From: Candidatus Nanohalarchaeota archaeon
GTDB lineage: Archaea; Nanohalarchaeota; Nanosalinia; Nanosalinales; Nanoanaerosalinaceae
Reading direction: 5' to 3'
Assembly (NCBI GenBank): GCA_022729255.1
Contig: JALDAG010000002.1
Span: 1-53,399, forward strand
Length of the DNA stretch: 53,399 bases
In this document: in pieces, positions 1 through 9,946 of the stretch
Position numbering within the stretch: the first letter of the stretch is position 1
Layout of the letters: every line of letters starts with the position of its first letter
Position numbers and translations under genes: made by a program
The notes under the pieces: generated by a model
Told to the model about the DNA's origin: nothing
The model's database searches: none
Seen by the model: only the letters and a program-made list of their open reading frames with translations

Positions 1-2
1 AA

Positions 3-119
3 GGCAAAGAAAAAGTGAAAGAGATGAACAAGGCAGATTTCGAGAAACTATTGAACTTTGAAAAAGCTCACCAGAACCGGAAAGGCATGAAAAAGTTTTT
101 GAGAAGTAACATGAGGTAA
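3..119 (+). CDS. 3' end of a gene cut by the window edge; probably ribosomal protein L31e with a C-terminal helical extension
   Basis: Open frame GKEKVKEMNKADFEKLLNFEKAHQNRKGMKKFLRSNMR* ends 4 nt before aIF6. L31e-aIF6 is a conserved archaeal gene order, so the identity rests on position only. Confidence 0.5.
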   Translation, partial: GKEKVKEMNKADFEKLLNFEKAHQNRKGMKKFLRSNMR

Positions 120-123
120 ACAT

Positions 124-786
124 ATGGCAGATGACCACATGTTCTTCGCAGACTACCAGGGAGATATAAACCTAGGTTTTCATGGAATAGTATCAGAATC
201 ATTCTCTGTTGTTGCCCCGGGGTTCAACAGAGCAGAGGTTTTTGGAACAAAGAAAGTTTTTGAGGGACTTAGGATATCGAACACTGATCTTATAGGATTA
301 TTCGCAGCTGGGAACTCCGAAGGTATAATTCTTCCGAACATTGTGTCTGACCATGAAAAAAAGCTTCTTGAAAAAAACGATATAAATTACATGGTTATCG
401 ATTCTAAGCACACAGCTATTGGAAACTTGGTGCTTGTAAACGACAAGGGATGTCTAATATCAGAGGTTCTGGAACCTTTCAGAGAAGAAATTTCCGATTT
501 TTTCGGTGTACCCGTCGAGACAGGTGTACTAGCAGGTACTGGAATGGTTGGTTCAGCGGGTTTCGTGACGGAAAAAGGTCTTTTGGTACACAGGGAAGCC
601 GAAAGAGAGGAGCTAGAAATCGCGGAAAAAGTCCTTGGAGTCAAAGGAGATATCGGTACAGTTAATTTCGGTTCTCCGTACGTTGGTACGGGTATAATAG
701 GTAACTCGAAAGCAGTGATGGTTGGGAACAACACTACAGGTCCCGAAACCGCAAGAATCGACAAAGCCCTAGGATTCCTTAAATAA
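124..786 (+). CDS. eif6: Translation initiation factor 6 (aIF6)
   Basis: 220 aa with eIF6 motifs GNLVLVNDKG, GTVNFGSPYVGTG and TTGPE. Confidence 0.95.
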   Translation: MADDHMFFADYQGDINLGFHGIVSESFSVVAPGFNRAEVFGTKKVFEGLRISNTDLIGLFAAGNSEGIILPNIVSDHEKKLLEKNDINYMVIDSKHTAIGNLVLVNDKGCLISEVLEPFREEISDFFGVPVETGVLAGTGMVGSAGFVTEKGLLVHREAEREELEIAEKVLGVKGDIGTVNFGSPYVGTGIIGNSKAVMVGNNTTGPETARIDKALGFLK

Positions 787-787
787 C

Positions 788-1633
788 TTATTCTTCCTTT
801 CTACCGTCCTTGTAAGTGATGGTTCTATGAGGATAAGGTATATCAACACCTTCCACAGTGAATCGTTTCTTGAAAGACTCTCTCAGGTCTCTGGCAGCCT
901 CCCATGCATCTCCCCTGGTCTTACCCCATATAAAAGCTTTCATGATTATCGCGGAGTCGCCCACTTCTGAAACCAGGACACGGCATTCATCAGTTATGGC
1001 TTTCTCGTGTTTTTCTATCTCGTCCATCATGAGTTCACGTGCCTGGTCTATGCTGGACTCGTAACTGATACCTATCTCCACATCGAACCTGGATTTCTTG
1101 TTCTTTATGGAATGGTTCATCAGAGATTCATTGATGATCTTAGAGTTGGGGATTATAACCCTGTCGTTTGCAGGAGTCCTAATATATGTGTGTCCAAGAG
1201 TGATATCTTCAACTTCTCCATAATCATCTCCTGTTGTAAGGTTATCACCTATTCTAAAAGGTTGGTAACCTGCTATAAGTATGCCTGAAATCATGTTAGA
1301 AAGTGTTTGCTGAGCAGCTAGACCAAGAACTATTCCTAGAAACCCTGCTGAGGCAAATAAAGTTATGGATATGGTTCTTAAACCCGGCACCGTGTATACG
1401 GCAAAAGATATTCCGATGATGTATATCAGAAGCCTGATGGTCTTTTTCATCATCTTGATGGACGTCAGGTTTATCTCCATCTTCTTGGACTCTTTCTTCT
1501 TGAAATGCTTTTCTATGAAAGCTGTTGAAAGCTTGGAGACTATAACAGTTATAGCCATTATGAGAACTATCTTTAACAGCAAAATTATCTCCGCCCTGTA
1601 AGGAGCTGCTAACCCTGAAATGTCTGTTAACAC
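788..1633 (-). CDS. mscS: Small-conductance mechanosensitive channel
   Basis: Three TM segments, GLAAQQTLSNMISG, PFRIGD, IPNS and C-terminal IPYP. Confidence 0.92.
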   Translation of the reverse strand: MLTDISGLAAPYRAEIILLLKIVLIMAITVIVSKLSTAFIEKHFKKKESKKMEINLTSIKMMKKTIRLLIYIIGISFAVYTVPGLRTISITLFASAGFLGIVLGLAAQQTLSNMISGILIAGYQPFRIGDNLTTGDDYGEVEDITLGHTYIRTPANDRVIIPNSKIINESLMNHSIKNKKSRFDVEIGISYESSIDQARELMMDEIEKHEKAITDECRVLVSEVGDSAIIMKAFIWGKTRGDAWEAARDLRESFKKRFTVEGVDIPYPHRTITYKDGRKEE

Positions 1634-1652
1634 TTTTCTACCTCATCATAAG

Positions 1653-2039
1653 TCAACCGTAATAGTAATCGTTCTGCTCTACAGGTTTCTCGCTACCCTC
1701 ATCGTCGAGTTCTTCCTCCTCCTCAAGCGGTTCCTCGTCATCTAACTCCTCTTTTTCGTATTCATCGTCTTCATAGGATTCCTCCAAATCCTCTTCGTAT
1801 TCCTCGTCTTCTTCATCTTTTTCCTCGACATCCCTGTCTATAACCTTTGCGAAAGCGAACTTGCTACCAACATTTTCCACTTCTATTTCAACGGTCTCTC
1901 CTATTTCAGTTTCAGGAACGAAAATCACGAACCCGTTGATTCTTGTGATACCATCTCCTTTTGAACCCATGTCTTCGATGGTTACTACAACTTTATCGCC
2001 TTCATCTACAGGCTGGCCAAAATCGATATCTTCACTCAT
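1653..2039 (-). CDS. TRAM-domain RNA-binding protein with a long acidic tail
   Basis: PVDEGD..VTIEDMGSKGDGITRINGFVIFVP..FAFAKV is the stand-alone archaeal TRAM pattern; about 50 aa D/E-rich C-terminus. Confidence 0.88.
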   Translation of the reverse strand: MSEDIDFGQPVDEGDKVVVTIEDMGSKGDGITRINGFVIFVPETEIGETVEIEVENVGSKFAFAKVIDRDVEEKDEEDEEYEEDLEESYEDDEYEKEELDDEEPLEEEEELDDEGSEKPVEQNDYYYG

Positions 2040-2149
2040 AAATAATACACCTTTTATACAAAAGAATACGTTGTTCTGTTTAATAAAATTGTCTAATTTA
2101 AAGATTTCCAGGGGAAAGTGGTTTATTTCTGGGAAATAATAATCGGTTT

Positions 2150-2707
2150 ATGTCAGATGAATGCATATTCTGCCAGTTGTTAGATAATCCTGAACAGACT
2201 TTGACAGTTCATGAAACAGATGATTTCCGTGCATGGCTTGATATAAATCCACGTGCAAAGGGACACACCATGATTGTTTCCAAAGAACACTTGAAGTCAG
2301 CGGAAGAAGTAGGAGAAAAACTTGTGGATATGTTCGAAGTGGCAAGGATAGTTGGCGAAAAAGCTATGAACGGTTTAGGCGCTGATGGGTATTCTATAGT
2401 TGTTAACAATGGAGAAGCCGCCGGTCAGATGTTAGATCATTTCTATATGATTGTTTTTCCACGTTTCTCCGATGATGAACGAGCTGGAACTCCTACAGGA
2501 GCTATATTCGGACCAGAAGAAGATCTTGATCAGGAAGACTTAAAAGCATTCCAAGAATCGATGGAATCCGCTGATTACAAAGAATACAAAGGTGAAACTC
2601 CTCCTCCACCTCTTGACAGAGATTACAGCGTTGAGGAAGAGAAGGGAAGTAAAGAATCTGAGAAAACATTTAAAGATCTAAGGAGAGGTTCAGCAGAGTT
2701 CAGGTAA
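2150..2707 (+). CDS. HIT-family protein with a degenerate histidine triad
   Basis: CIFC, LDINPRAKGHTMIV and NNGEAAGQ are present; the HxHxH position reads HFYMI. Confidence 0.85.
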   Translation: MSDECIFCQLLDNPEQTLTVHETDDFRAWLDINPRAKGHTMIVSKEHLKSAEEVGEKLVDMFEVARIVGEKAMNGLGADGYSIVVNNGEAAGQMLDHFYMIVFPRFSDDERAGTPTGAIFGPEEDLDQEDLKAFQESMESADYKEYKGETPPPPLDRDYSVEEEKGSKESEKTFKDLRRGSAEFR

Positions 2708-3721
2708 TCAGATCTCTTCGATTATATACTCTCTTTTGCCCATACCAATTTTCTCAGCGTGAGATATCTGTCTGCTATAATCTATCCTGCTTTTAAAACC
2801 TTTTTCTTCTACCAAGTCAACAGCAGCTTGATCGATAGCAACAGGATCCTCTGATACCAATACACCTATATCTTCTATAATCTTCTCCTGCTTCCTGTTT
2901 GTACAGTCACAGTCCCGAGTTATATCTTTAAGAACAGTGATGAAAAGACATTTTTTGTCCTTGAGTGCGCCTTCAGCGTATTCAGCTATCTTTTCCTGCA
3001 ACTCGATAGAAGAAGAATCACCCCATGGAATCTTGACCGCGTTCTCAGGGCACACCGAGATGCACTGACCGCAACCGATACATTTTTCATGATCTATCTC
3101 CGCCTTTCCATTTTTTATGCTTATAGCGTCTTCGGGACAGTTTAGAATACAGGTTTTACAACCCGTGCACATGCTTTTATTGACTTCCAGGTTGAAAGCG
3201 TTGTGCATTTCAAGCTTTCCTCCCTTTGAACCGAGTCCCATACCAACGTTTTTCAGGGCTCCTCCGATACCGTTGGCCACATGACCCGTGAAATGGGTCA
3301 CAACCAGAAGGGAACTGTAATTCTCAAGTTTTTTCCCGATCTTGACATCTTCAAAATATTTCCCGTTTTCGATACTGATTTTGTTTTCCTCGGTTCCGTT
3401 CTGACCGTCCGCTATCACTATATTTCCAAAGTTAAAACCGTTGTCCTTCGCTACTTCTTTGTGTGTGTCAGCAAACGATCTGTCACCTTTGTAGAGAACT
3501 GTGCAGTCCATCAAGCATTTTTGTTCTGCAGGGATTTTTTTGTAAAGTGTTTCAACGAACCCTGGGTCCAGGTGTGTGTCGCTTTTCCTCTCTCCAAAGT
3601 GCAGTTTTAAAGCCACAGAGTCTTCGGTTTCGAACTTTTTTTCGACAATCCCACCAATTTTTTCTTCCAGGTCTCTGAGACCGACGTTCTTGTTTATCCT
3701 GTGTAGAAATACTTTTGACAT
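2708..3721 (-). CDS. DUF362-family Fe-S protein with a 2x[4Fe-4S] ferredoxin insert
   Basis: KLHFGE, THFTGH, GGALKN.GMG, two CxxCxxCxxxCP motifs, CDC and DPVAID; start taken at the ATG of MSKV. Confidence 0.85.
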   Translation of the reverse strand: MSKVFLHRINKNVGLRDLEEKIGGIVEKKFETEDSVALKLHFGERKSDTHLDPGFVETLYKKIPAEQKCLMDCTVLYKGDRSFADTHKEVAKDNGFNFGNIVIADGQNGTEENKISIENGKYFEDVKIGKKLENYSSLLVVTHFTGHVANGIGGALKNVGMGLGSKGGKLEMHNAFNLEVNKSMCTGCKTCILNCPEDAISIKNGKAEIDHEKCIGCGQCISVCPENAVKIPWGDSSSIELQEKIAEYAEGALKDKKCLFITVLKDITRDCDCTNRKQEKIIEDIGVLVSEDPVAIDQAAVDLVEEKGFKSRIDYSRQISHAEKIGMGKREYIIEEI

Positions 3722-3765
3722 ACAACATTTTTTCAGGTGTGATTGATAAAAAGTTTTTCGAAATA

Positions 3766-6700
3766 TCAATTCAGGTCTGTAAATATTTCAACTGATTCTG
3801 TTTCACCCGACAAAGTTCTTATGTTCGCCGGTACCTTTGCCTCGTAATCGTAAATCCCGTGTTCTCCCTCGGTATTTGGATTAACCTCTGTTATGAACAC
3901 CAGATCCTGACTGCCGTCATAGGGCTCTCCCTGACTTGTGTCGTAAAGTATCCCTGTCTGAAAATCTTCTGTAATAGTTGAATTAACTACAGGTACTTCA
4001 CAGACTTCATCATCGCTGATAATGAAGCAATCCGTTTTGTCGGGTGTTCCATCACCTTCTTCATCCCATAAATCCTCTACTGAATCATTGTGGTTTGTTA
4101 TGCCGAGAGCATCGTCTATCGTTTCTAGAAAGCCTGTTTCAGTCGGTGCTTCGAGCTGACTGAATGAAATATCAGAATCTATATCAGCGAATAAAATGTT
4201 TCCTTCAGGTTCCTGTCTCAGCCAAGTGTTGAACTCAGAGTCATCGGCTCCAAGCCTAACAGTTTTTTCGCTGCCGCCATAAAAAATGTTGTAACTTGAG
4301 ACATCAACGAGTTCTGTCAGAGCTTCTTCTTCATCTGAACCTGGTTCGGCCGTAACTCTGTTCGGTCCCTGCACGAGTTTTTCAGTGAAACTCACGTTTT
4401 TTGTTTCCCCAGAGTCCAGAGTAACTGATTCTGTAGAGTAAGAAAGGAACTCCCATTCTTCACCGTATTCGTCTATTGAAAGATTTATCTCTATGTTTTC
4501 CGCTGTTAGATCACCTGTATTAGTTGTTTCTGCGATTATTGAGGTATCCTGATTTTCTACAATCCTGTCTTCAAAGTATAAATTATTTAATTCAACCGTG
4601 GGAGGTTCGATGACTTCCAAATTTCTGGATTCGTAGTCATCTTCTGTTTCTGCTTTTTGTTCATATTCTCCTGGTTCTTCTTCAACAGTGTATTCGAATT
4701 CAACGGTTTCACTACCTCCTGGCTCAAGTTCCAGTGTAACCAAGTCTTTAGTATCTCCTTCAACCTTGTAAATGATCTGTTGCTCTCCTGTTACACCACC
4801 TGTGTTTTCTACCGTTGTGTTAGGGTATATGGTTCCGTCCTGAACTGCTGTGTCAGGCGCCTCGAAATTTATTATTTCAAAATAAGGTTCAACAACTTCT
4901 ACAGTATAATCTTCGGCTTCTCCATAGAAATCATCGTTATAGGGATCCGTCTGGTACTCATCAAACATCAAGAAAGCTCTCAGCCTTGTTTCTCCAAGTT
5001 CTGCGTCTTCGGGAATAGTTAATGTTCCTGTGACCTGACATCCATCACTACCTGTTTCACAGCTACCTATATCATGGCTTCCCTGGTCGAACTCTATGTT
5101 TTGGTTCCAGTCACCGAAAACGTTGAAGTAGTGGTCATCTCCTGAGAACTCTGATTGAGATTCCATGGTGACATCATAACTACCTCCTGGCATTACGAAT
5201 GCTTTTTGACCAATTTCATCGTATGTGAAGTCGGCATAACCTCCATCGTCTCCTGAGGAATGGGAGATATCTGTCAACTCAAAATATGTTATGTGCTCGT
5301 ACTCTGTGTCACCCACTGCTATCTCATAACCTCCTATCTGGACCTTTGTATGGCTAGATTCATCATCTGTATGGATATAAACGTCATATATTCCTTCATC
5401 ATATTCTTCAGTGTCAAAATTATAAGTATGGGTGGTCACAGCTCCACCGTCAAGGGTTATCTCTTCTTCATCGACTATGTTGTTGTCAAATTCCATCTCT
5501 GTCAACTGTGTGCCCTCAAGGTCTCCAGTGTTGTTTATCTCAGCCGTCACTTCCAACATTTCCCCTGGATCAGGATTATTGGAGTCTATAATGTCGACCT
5601 CGAAATACCCGAGTTCCCCGATGAGCACATCTGTGCTGTCCGAACTGTCCTCTGATTCCACCACTGCCTCGTATTCCCCGGGCTCTTCTGTCGTGTCGTA
5701 GAAAAACGTGTCTGAATACACATCTCCAGATTCTAGATAGATGTTCTCAATCCTTTCCACCTCTTCATTGTTAAATATAAGCAGTATATCCTGCTCATCC
5801 TCAATATCTCCCACGTTCTCAACATCAAAATCGATTTCAAGAGTTCCTTCTTCATCTATAGGGCTGTTATCCCCTGTAATATCGACCTCGAAGAAAGGTT
5901 CCTGACCTTTTACGATGTTCGCAGTGTCATAATCATCATCAGACGATACGTTGACCTCATAAGTGCCGTCATCCTCTGTTGAAACGTCCTTGGTGAATTC
6001 CAAGGTACGAGTTTCATCTTCCTGTACCAGGAAGTCTTCCTCGACATCATCAAGATCATTATCAAAGTAGAACTCTATGTCCTGTTCCCCGTCCATCGTA
6101 CCAACGTTCTCAATCTCAGCTTCAATTTCAAGATAGTTTGCTACAGGGCTGTTGGTCGATGTTATGTCCACCAAAAAATCCATGTTTCCAACGAAAATAT
6201 CTCTTTCATAAGAATCATCCTGAGTCTCAGCTGTATGAGTATAGTAATACCCTCCTTCTTCTTCTACAGTATATTCAGGTGTCATAGTGTATGTGTCTCC
6301 AGGATCAAGGGTTTCAGTTTCCTCTGACACTGTACCTCCATCAAACATGTAGGTTATCTCTGCTGTTCCTGAAAGCTGTCCCGTGTTTTCTACGGTTATC
6401 TCGGGCTCTATTGTTTCACCCTCCAGAATCTCGGAAGGAGAATCAAAATCGATAACCTCGAAGTTATCATCCTGTATATCGATGGTGTAGTCATGAACCT
6501 GACCGAAAAAACCTCCTTCATCAGGATCATCGTGGTACTGATCGTACCTGAGTATCGACCTGAGTCTTGTTTCTCCCAGTTCTGCGTCTTCGGGAATAGT
6601 TAATGTTCCTGTGACCTGACAGCCATCTCCTTCTGTGGTACAACTTCCTATGTTTTGACTTTCCTCGAACTCCATGTTTCCTTCCCAGTCACCGAAAACG

Positions 6701-9700
6701 TTGAAGTAGTGTTCATCACCGTAAAAACCTTCCTCGGACTCCATAACAACGTTGTATGTGTTACCTCGTTCCACAGTTGCGACCTCTTCTGTGAAATCTA
6801 TGTATCCATCTTCGTCGTTCTCATTAGTATTTTGAATCTCTTCGATTTCGAAATAACTCATATACTCGTACGAAGGATCGGCTTCAGGCCTGGAATAATC
6901 TCCCACTCTTATGTATCCGCTGTCAGATTCATCATCAGACCTTATGATGTACTCGTAACGATCTTTCTCATCAGGAACAGTATGCTTGAGGGTTTCAGTA
7001 ACGCTTTCTTCTGGTTCGAGTTGGATCAATGTTGAGTTGACCACTTCTCCATCGAATAACAGTTCCAATTCCTGTTCGCCCTCAACGTCTCCCGTATTGA
7101 AAACCTCGAAATCCACTTCAAGTGTTTCGGAAACATTTAGAGGTCCGTTGTCACCTATTATAGATACTTCGAAAATATCAGGGTTTATAACATCGATTAG
7201 CTGGGATTCGGAATCATCAGAAGTGGTTATCTCCTCTATGTAATTTCCAACTTCGACATCTGATGTGTTGTAAGAGAAGCTAGTGGTGATGGAGTCTCCG
7301 GGTCCTAGAGAAATCGTTTCAGTATCTATTTGTTCCCCGTCGAAATAGTATCTCACGGTATCTGAAGCAGGTGCTTCACCTGTGTTCGTTATAGTTGCAG
7401 AAGCATAAGCATATTCTCCCTTCACGACTTCATCCATGGTCTCCATTTCAGTTATAATAAATTCGCTGTCAACTATCTCCACCGAAAAGTCCTGAGCTTG
7501 ACCCTCAAGATCTTCAAGATAAGGGTCATCTATGTAAGATGAAGCATCCACGAAAGCTCTCATACGGGTATCTCCCAGCTCAGCGTCCTCATCAACCAGA
7601 AAGGAAGAGGTCACATCGCAAGTTCCAGCACAGTCCTCAAGGTATATAGGGTCGTTGAAATCTATGTTTTGATCCCAGTCGAAGAAAAGCGTCAAATGGT
7701 GATCACCCCATCCTGGAGCATCATCCGTTGTGATGGTTATATCATATGTTTCGCCTCTTGCAAGGACAGCTTTTTCACCTATAACACCTTCTGTGTAGTC
7801 TATATAAATTGAATCTTCATCTTCTGGCTCTATCTCATTGCTGATTTCTTCCAATTCAAGATAAGATATGGTGCCATCGTCGTCACCAGCAGGAATATCA
7901 TAAGTACCTACCTGAACTGATACAGAGTCATAACTGTCTTCCGTCTCCACAGTTATATCGTAGACGTCTTCAGGATCGCCTGTGGTATCATAATCAAAGT
8001 TGAACGTTTGTTGGTCTCCTCCATCTAATATCACGTCCTCCTCAACATCCTCGATATTTCCATCGTAAAAAAAGTACACGTCTTTTTCGGCTTCTGCATC
8101 CCCCAAGTTTTCTACATCAACCTCCACAGTAATAACATCTCCTGGATCAATATCTGGAGGAGAAATGCCTGTTATATCGACGTGGTAATATGCTTCATCA
8201 CCGATAAGAACAGTTTCGGTGTCGGATTCGTCTTCTGATTCAACTGTGACATCTCTGTAACCTCCATCTTCTTCACTGGTAGTATAATTGAACTCGATGT
8301 ACTCCTGTTCTCCTCCTTCAAGCTCCAAACTTTGGGAACCTTCAAGAGAACCTTCAAAGAAGAAATCTATTGATTGTTCTTCTAAAAGACCTCCGATATT
8401 CTCCACCGAAGCGTTCACAGACAAAATGTCGCCAGGATCTGTCTCACTGGTATTCATGATTTCCACTTCGAAATAAGGAGCGTCTCCTATAACAACAGAG
8501 GTCGAATCCATATCATCATCCGTTGATATGTTCACCCTGTAGTCGCCATCAAGATCATCAACTTCTTTGGTGAAAAAGAAGGATTCCGTCTCTCCAGCAT
8601 CTATACCGGCCCTGTCTTCAGGTATTGTTTCTTCCAGACTGTGATTGAAATAAAAATCGATTTCCTGCTCTCCGTATATATCACCGGTGTTTTCTATTAC
8701 CGCTTCAACCTCCAACTCTCCTTCCTCGACAGGAGAATTAGTGATTATATCTGAGACCTCAAAATACATGTATTCGACTATTATAGGTCTTTCAAGCTGT
8801 TCAGAGCTGGTTTCCACACGGTGCTCGTACTCGCCTCTTTCCTCATCGACTTCATCATATACAAGTGTGACGGTTTCTTCCTCGTCTGGCCCTATTGTTA
8901 CGGTATCTGAATCCACTTCATGATCGTTGAAATAATAAAATATTTCTTCTGAACCCTCATAGGATCCATCGTTTTGGAGAGTTACTTCGACCTCCAGAGA
9001 TGTATATTTCTCAACTTCATTTGGAGAGTCGAAAGAAGACATTGTTATATCTGCTACCTGTTCTATCACTTCTCCATCTTCACCACTCTCTCCCATCTGA
9101 GAACCGCTTCCCCCGGATCCTCCTGAAACAGAAAGATCTCCTGAATCTTCAAAACTGGAAGTTGTCAACTCTATTATTCCTCCGTCTCCTCCATCTCCTC
9201 CTATACCTGACGATCCTCCTGCAGGACCTCCTGATCCTCCTGATCCTCCTCTACCACCTTCAGCCATAACTTCTCCAAAGATGTTTAGTTCAAAATCCGC
9301 AACTATATTTATGTTTCCTGCATCTCCTCCTTCTCCTCCGTCTCCCCCATCCCTGTTACCTCCAGCATCTCCTCCGTCTCCTCCGTCTCCTCCATCCGAA
9401 GAAACTGTTCCATATATGTTTACCTCTTCTGCAACAAAATCTATATTGTATCCGTTTTCTCCATTTCCTCCAGGTCCTTCGTCATCGTGATCATCACCCT
9501 CCTCTCCAGATCCGTCTAAGTATCCTGAATCAGTGACTTCTATGTATTCAGCTTCTATGTTTACTCCTTCAGGGCATACATCAACTTCTCCATCGATAAA
9601 AACTTCGTCGTATTGAGTTATATCGTCACAAATTTCATCTCCATCTCCATAAGTGACTTGTGAACTAACAGAATTAGATAACGATACCAAAAGAGCAAGG

Positions 9701-9738
9701 GCTATCAAAAGTTTCACAAGGCTGGAGAATTTTGCCAT
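3766..9738 (-). CDS. Large secreted acidic surface/adhesin protein (Gly-rich region, many CARDB-like Ig repeats, three GEVED-like domains)
   Basis: Signal peptide; GGDGG repeats; repeated 'V.N.G...G' CARDB-like units; three 'DW....F...LG.TR.R.....G...D[FY]' modules. Confidence 0.8.
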   Translation of the reverse strand: MAKFSSLVKLLIALALLVSLSNSVSSQVTYGDGDEICDDITQYDEVFIDGEVDVCPEGVNIEAEYIEVTDSGYLDGSGEEGDDHDDEGPGGNGENGYNIDFVAEEVNIYGTVSSDGGDGGDGGDAGGNRDGGDGGEGGDAGNINIVADFELNIFGEVMAEGGRGGSGGSGGPAGGSSGIGGDGGDGGIIELTTSSFEDSGDLSVSGGSGGSGSQMGESGEDGEVIEQVADITMSSFDSPNEVEKYTSLEVEVTLQNDGSYEGSEEIFYYFNDHEVDSDTVTIGPDEEETVTLVYDEVDEERGEYEHRVETSSEQLERPIIVEYMYFEVSDIITNSPVEEGELEVEAVIENTGDIYGEQEIDFYFNHSLEETIPEDRAGIDAGETESFFFTKEVDDLDGDYRVNISTDDDMDSTSVVIGDAPYFEVEIMNTSETDPGDILSVNASVENIGGLLEEQSIDFFFEGSLEGSQSLELEGGEQEYIEFNYTTSEEDGGYRDVTVESEDESDTETVLIGDEAYYHVDITGISPPDIDPGDVITVEVDVENLGDAEAEKDVYFFYDGNIEDVEEDVILDGGDQQTFNFDYDTTGDPEDVYDITVETEDSYDSVSVQVGTYDIPAGDDDGTISYLELEEISNEIEPEDEDSIYIDYTEGVIGEKAVLARGETYDITITTDDAPGWGDHHLTLFFDWDQNIDFNDPIYLEDCAGTCDVTSSFLVDEDAELGDTRMRAFVDASSYIDDPYLEDLEGQAQDFSVEIVDSEFIITEMETMDEVVKGEYAYASATITNTGEAPASDTVRYYFDGEQIDTETISLGPGDSITTSFSYNTSDVEVGNYIEEITTSDDSESQLIDVINPDIFEVSIIGDNGPLNVSETLEVDFEVFNTGDVEGEQELELLFDGEVVNSTLIQLEPEESVTETLKHTVPDEKDRYEYIIRSDDESDSGYIRVGDYSRPEADPSYEYMSYFEIEEIQNTNENDEDGYIDFTEEVATVERGNTYNVVMESEEGFYGDEHYFNVFGDWEGNMEFEESQNIGSCTTEGDGCQVTGTLTIPEDAELGETRLRSILRYDQYHDDPDEGGFFGQVHDYTIDIQDDNFEVIDFDSPSEILEGETIEPEITVENTGQLSGTAEITYMFDGGTVSEETETLDPGDTYTMTPEYTVEEEGGYYYTHTAETQDDSYERDIFVGNMDFLVDITSTNSPVANYLEIEAEIENVGTMDGEQDIEFYFDNDLDDVEEDFLVQEDETRTLEFTKDVSTEDDGTYEVNVSSDDDYDTANIVKGQEPFFEVDITGDNSPIDEEGTLEIDFDVENVGDIEDEQDILLIFNNEEVERIENIYLESGDVYSDTFFYDTTEEPGEYEAVVESEDSSDSTDVLIGELGYFEVDIIDSNNPDPGEMLEVTAEINNTGDLEGTQLTEMEFDNNIVDEEEITLDGGAVTTHTYNFDTEEYDEGIYDVYIHTDDESSHTKVQIGGYEIAVGDTEYEHITYFELTDISHSSGDDGGYADFTYDEIGQKAFVMPGGSYDVTMESQSEFSGDDHYFNVFGDWNQNIEFDQGSHDIGSCETGSDGCQVTGTLTIPEDAELGETRLRAFLMFDEYQTDPYNDDFYGEAEDYTVEVVEPYFEIINFEAPDTAVQDGTIYPNTTVENTGGVTGEQQIIYKVEGDTKDLVTLELEPGGSETVEFEYTVEEEPGEYEQKAETEDDYESRNLEVIEPPTVELNNLYFEDRIVENQDTSIIAETTNTGDLTAENIEINLSIDEYGEEWEFLSYSTESVTLDSGETKNVSFTEKLVQGPNRVTAEPGSDEEEALTELVDVSSYNIFYGGSEKTVRLGADDSEFNTWLRQEPEGNILFADIDSDISFSQLEAPTETGFLETIDDALGITNHNDSVEDLWDEEGDGTPDKTDCFIISDDEVCEVPVVNSTITEDFQTGILYDTSQGEPYDGSQDLVFITEVNPNTEGEHGIYDYEAKVPANIRTLSGETESVEIFTDLN
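4985..6627. repeat. Intragenic direct repeats between two GEVED modules
   Basis: 62 bp at 4985-5046 and 6566-6627 (2 mismatches); identical 27 bp at 5107-5133 and 6685-6711. Confidence 0.85.
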
Positions 9739-9946
9739 TATAACATCTTTATTACTTAAGGCTGTTTAATTTATTTATGTTTTTCATGTGGTCTAAGAGG
9801 AATATGACCCTTTAATCCAGTACCAAAACGGTTTTATTGTTACTTTAGAATAGTATACGATGGGAGGAAGATACATAAGGTATTCATAAGACTAGTTGGT
9901 AATTTCTTTAAATGATATAAAAATTTTTGTTACAAAGTAATTTTCT

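Noticed and set aside
4985..6711. Repeat pair as a DGR template/variable repeat
   Set aside because: Both copies are in frame in one gene, differences are not confined to adenines of one copy, and no reverse transcriptase is present in the window
9100..9510. tcctcc-rich repeats as a possible CRISPR or VNTR
   Set aside because: They are reverse-complemented Gly codons of the GGDGG region; there is no repeat-spacer periodicity and no cas gene
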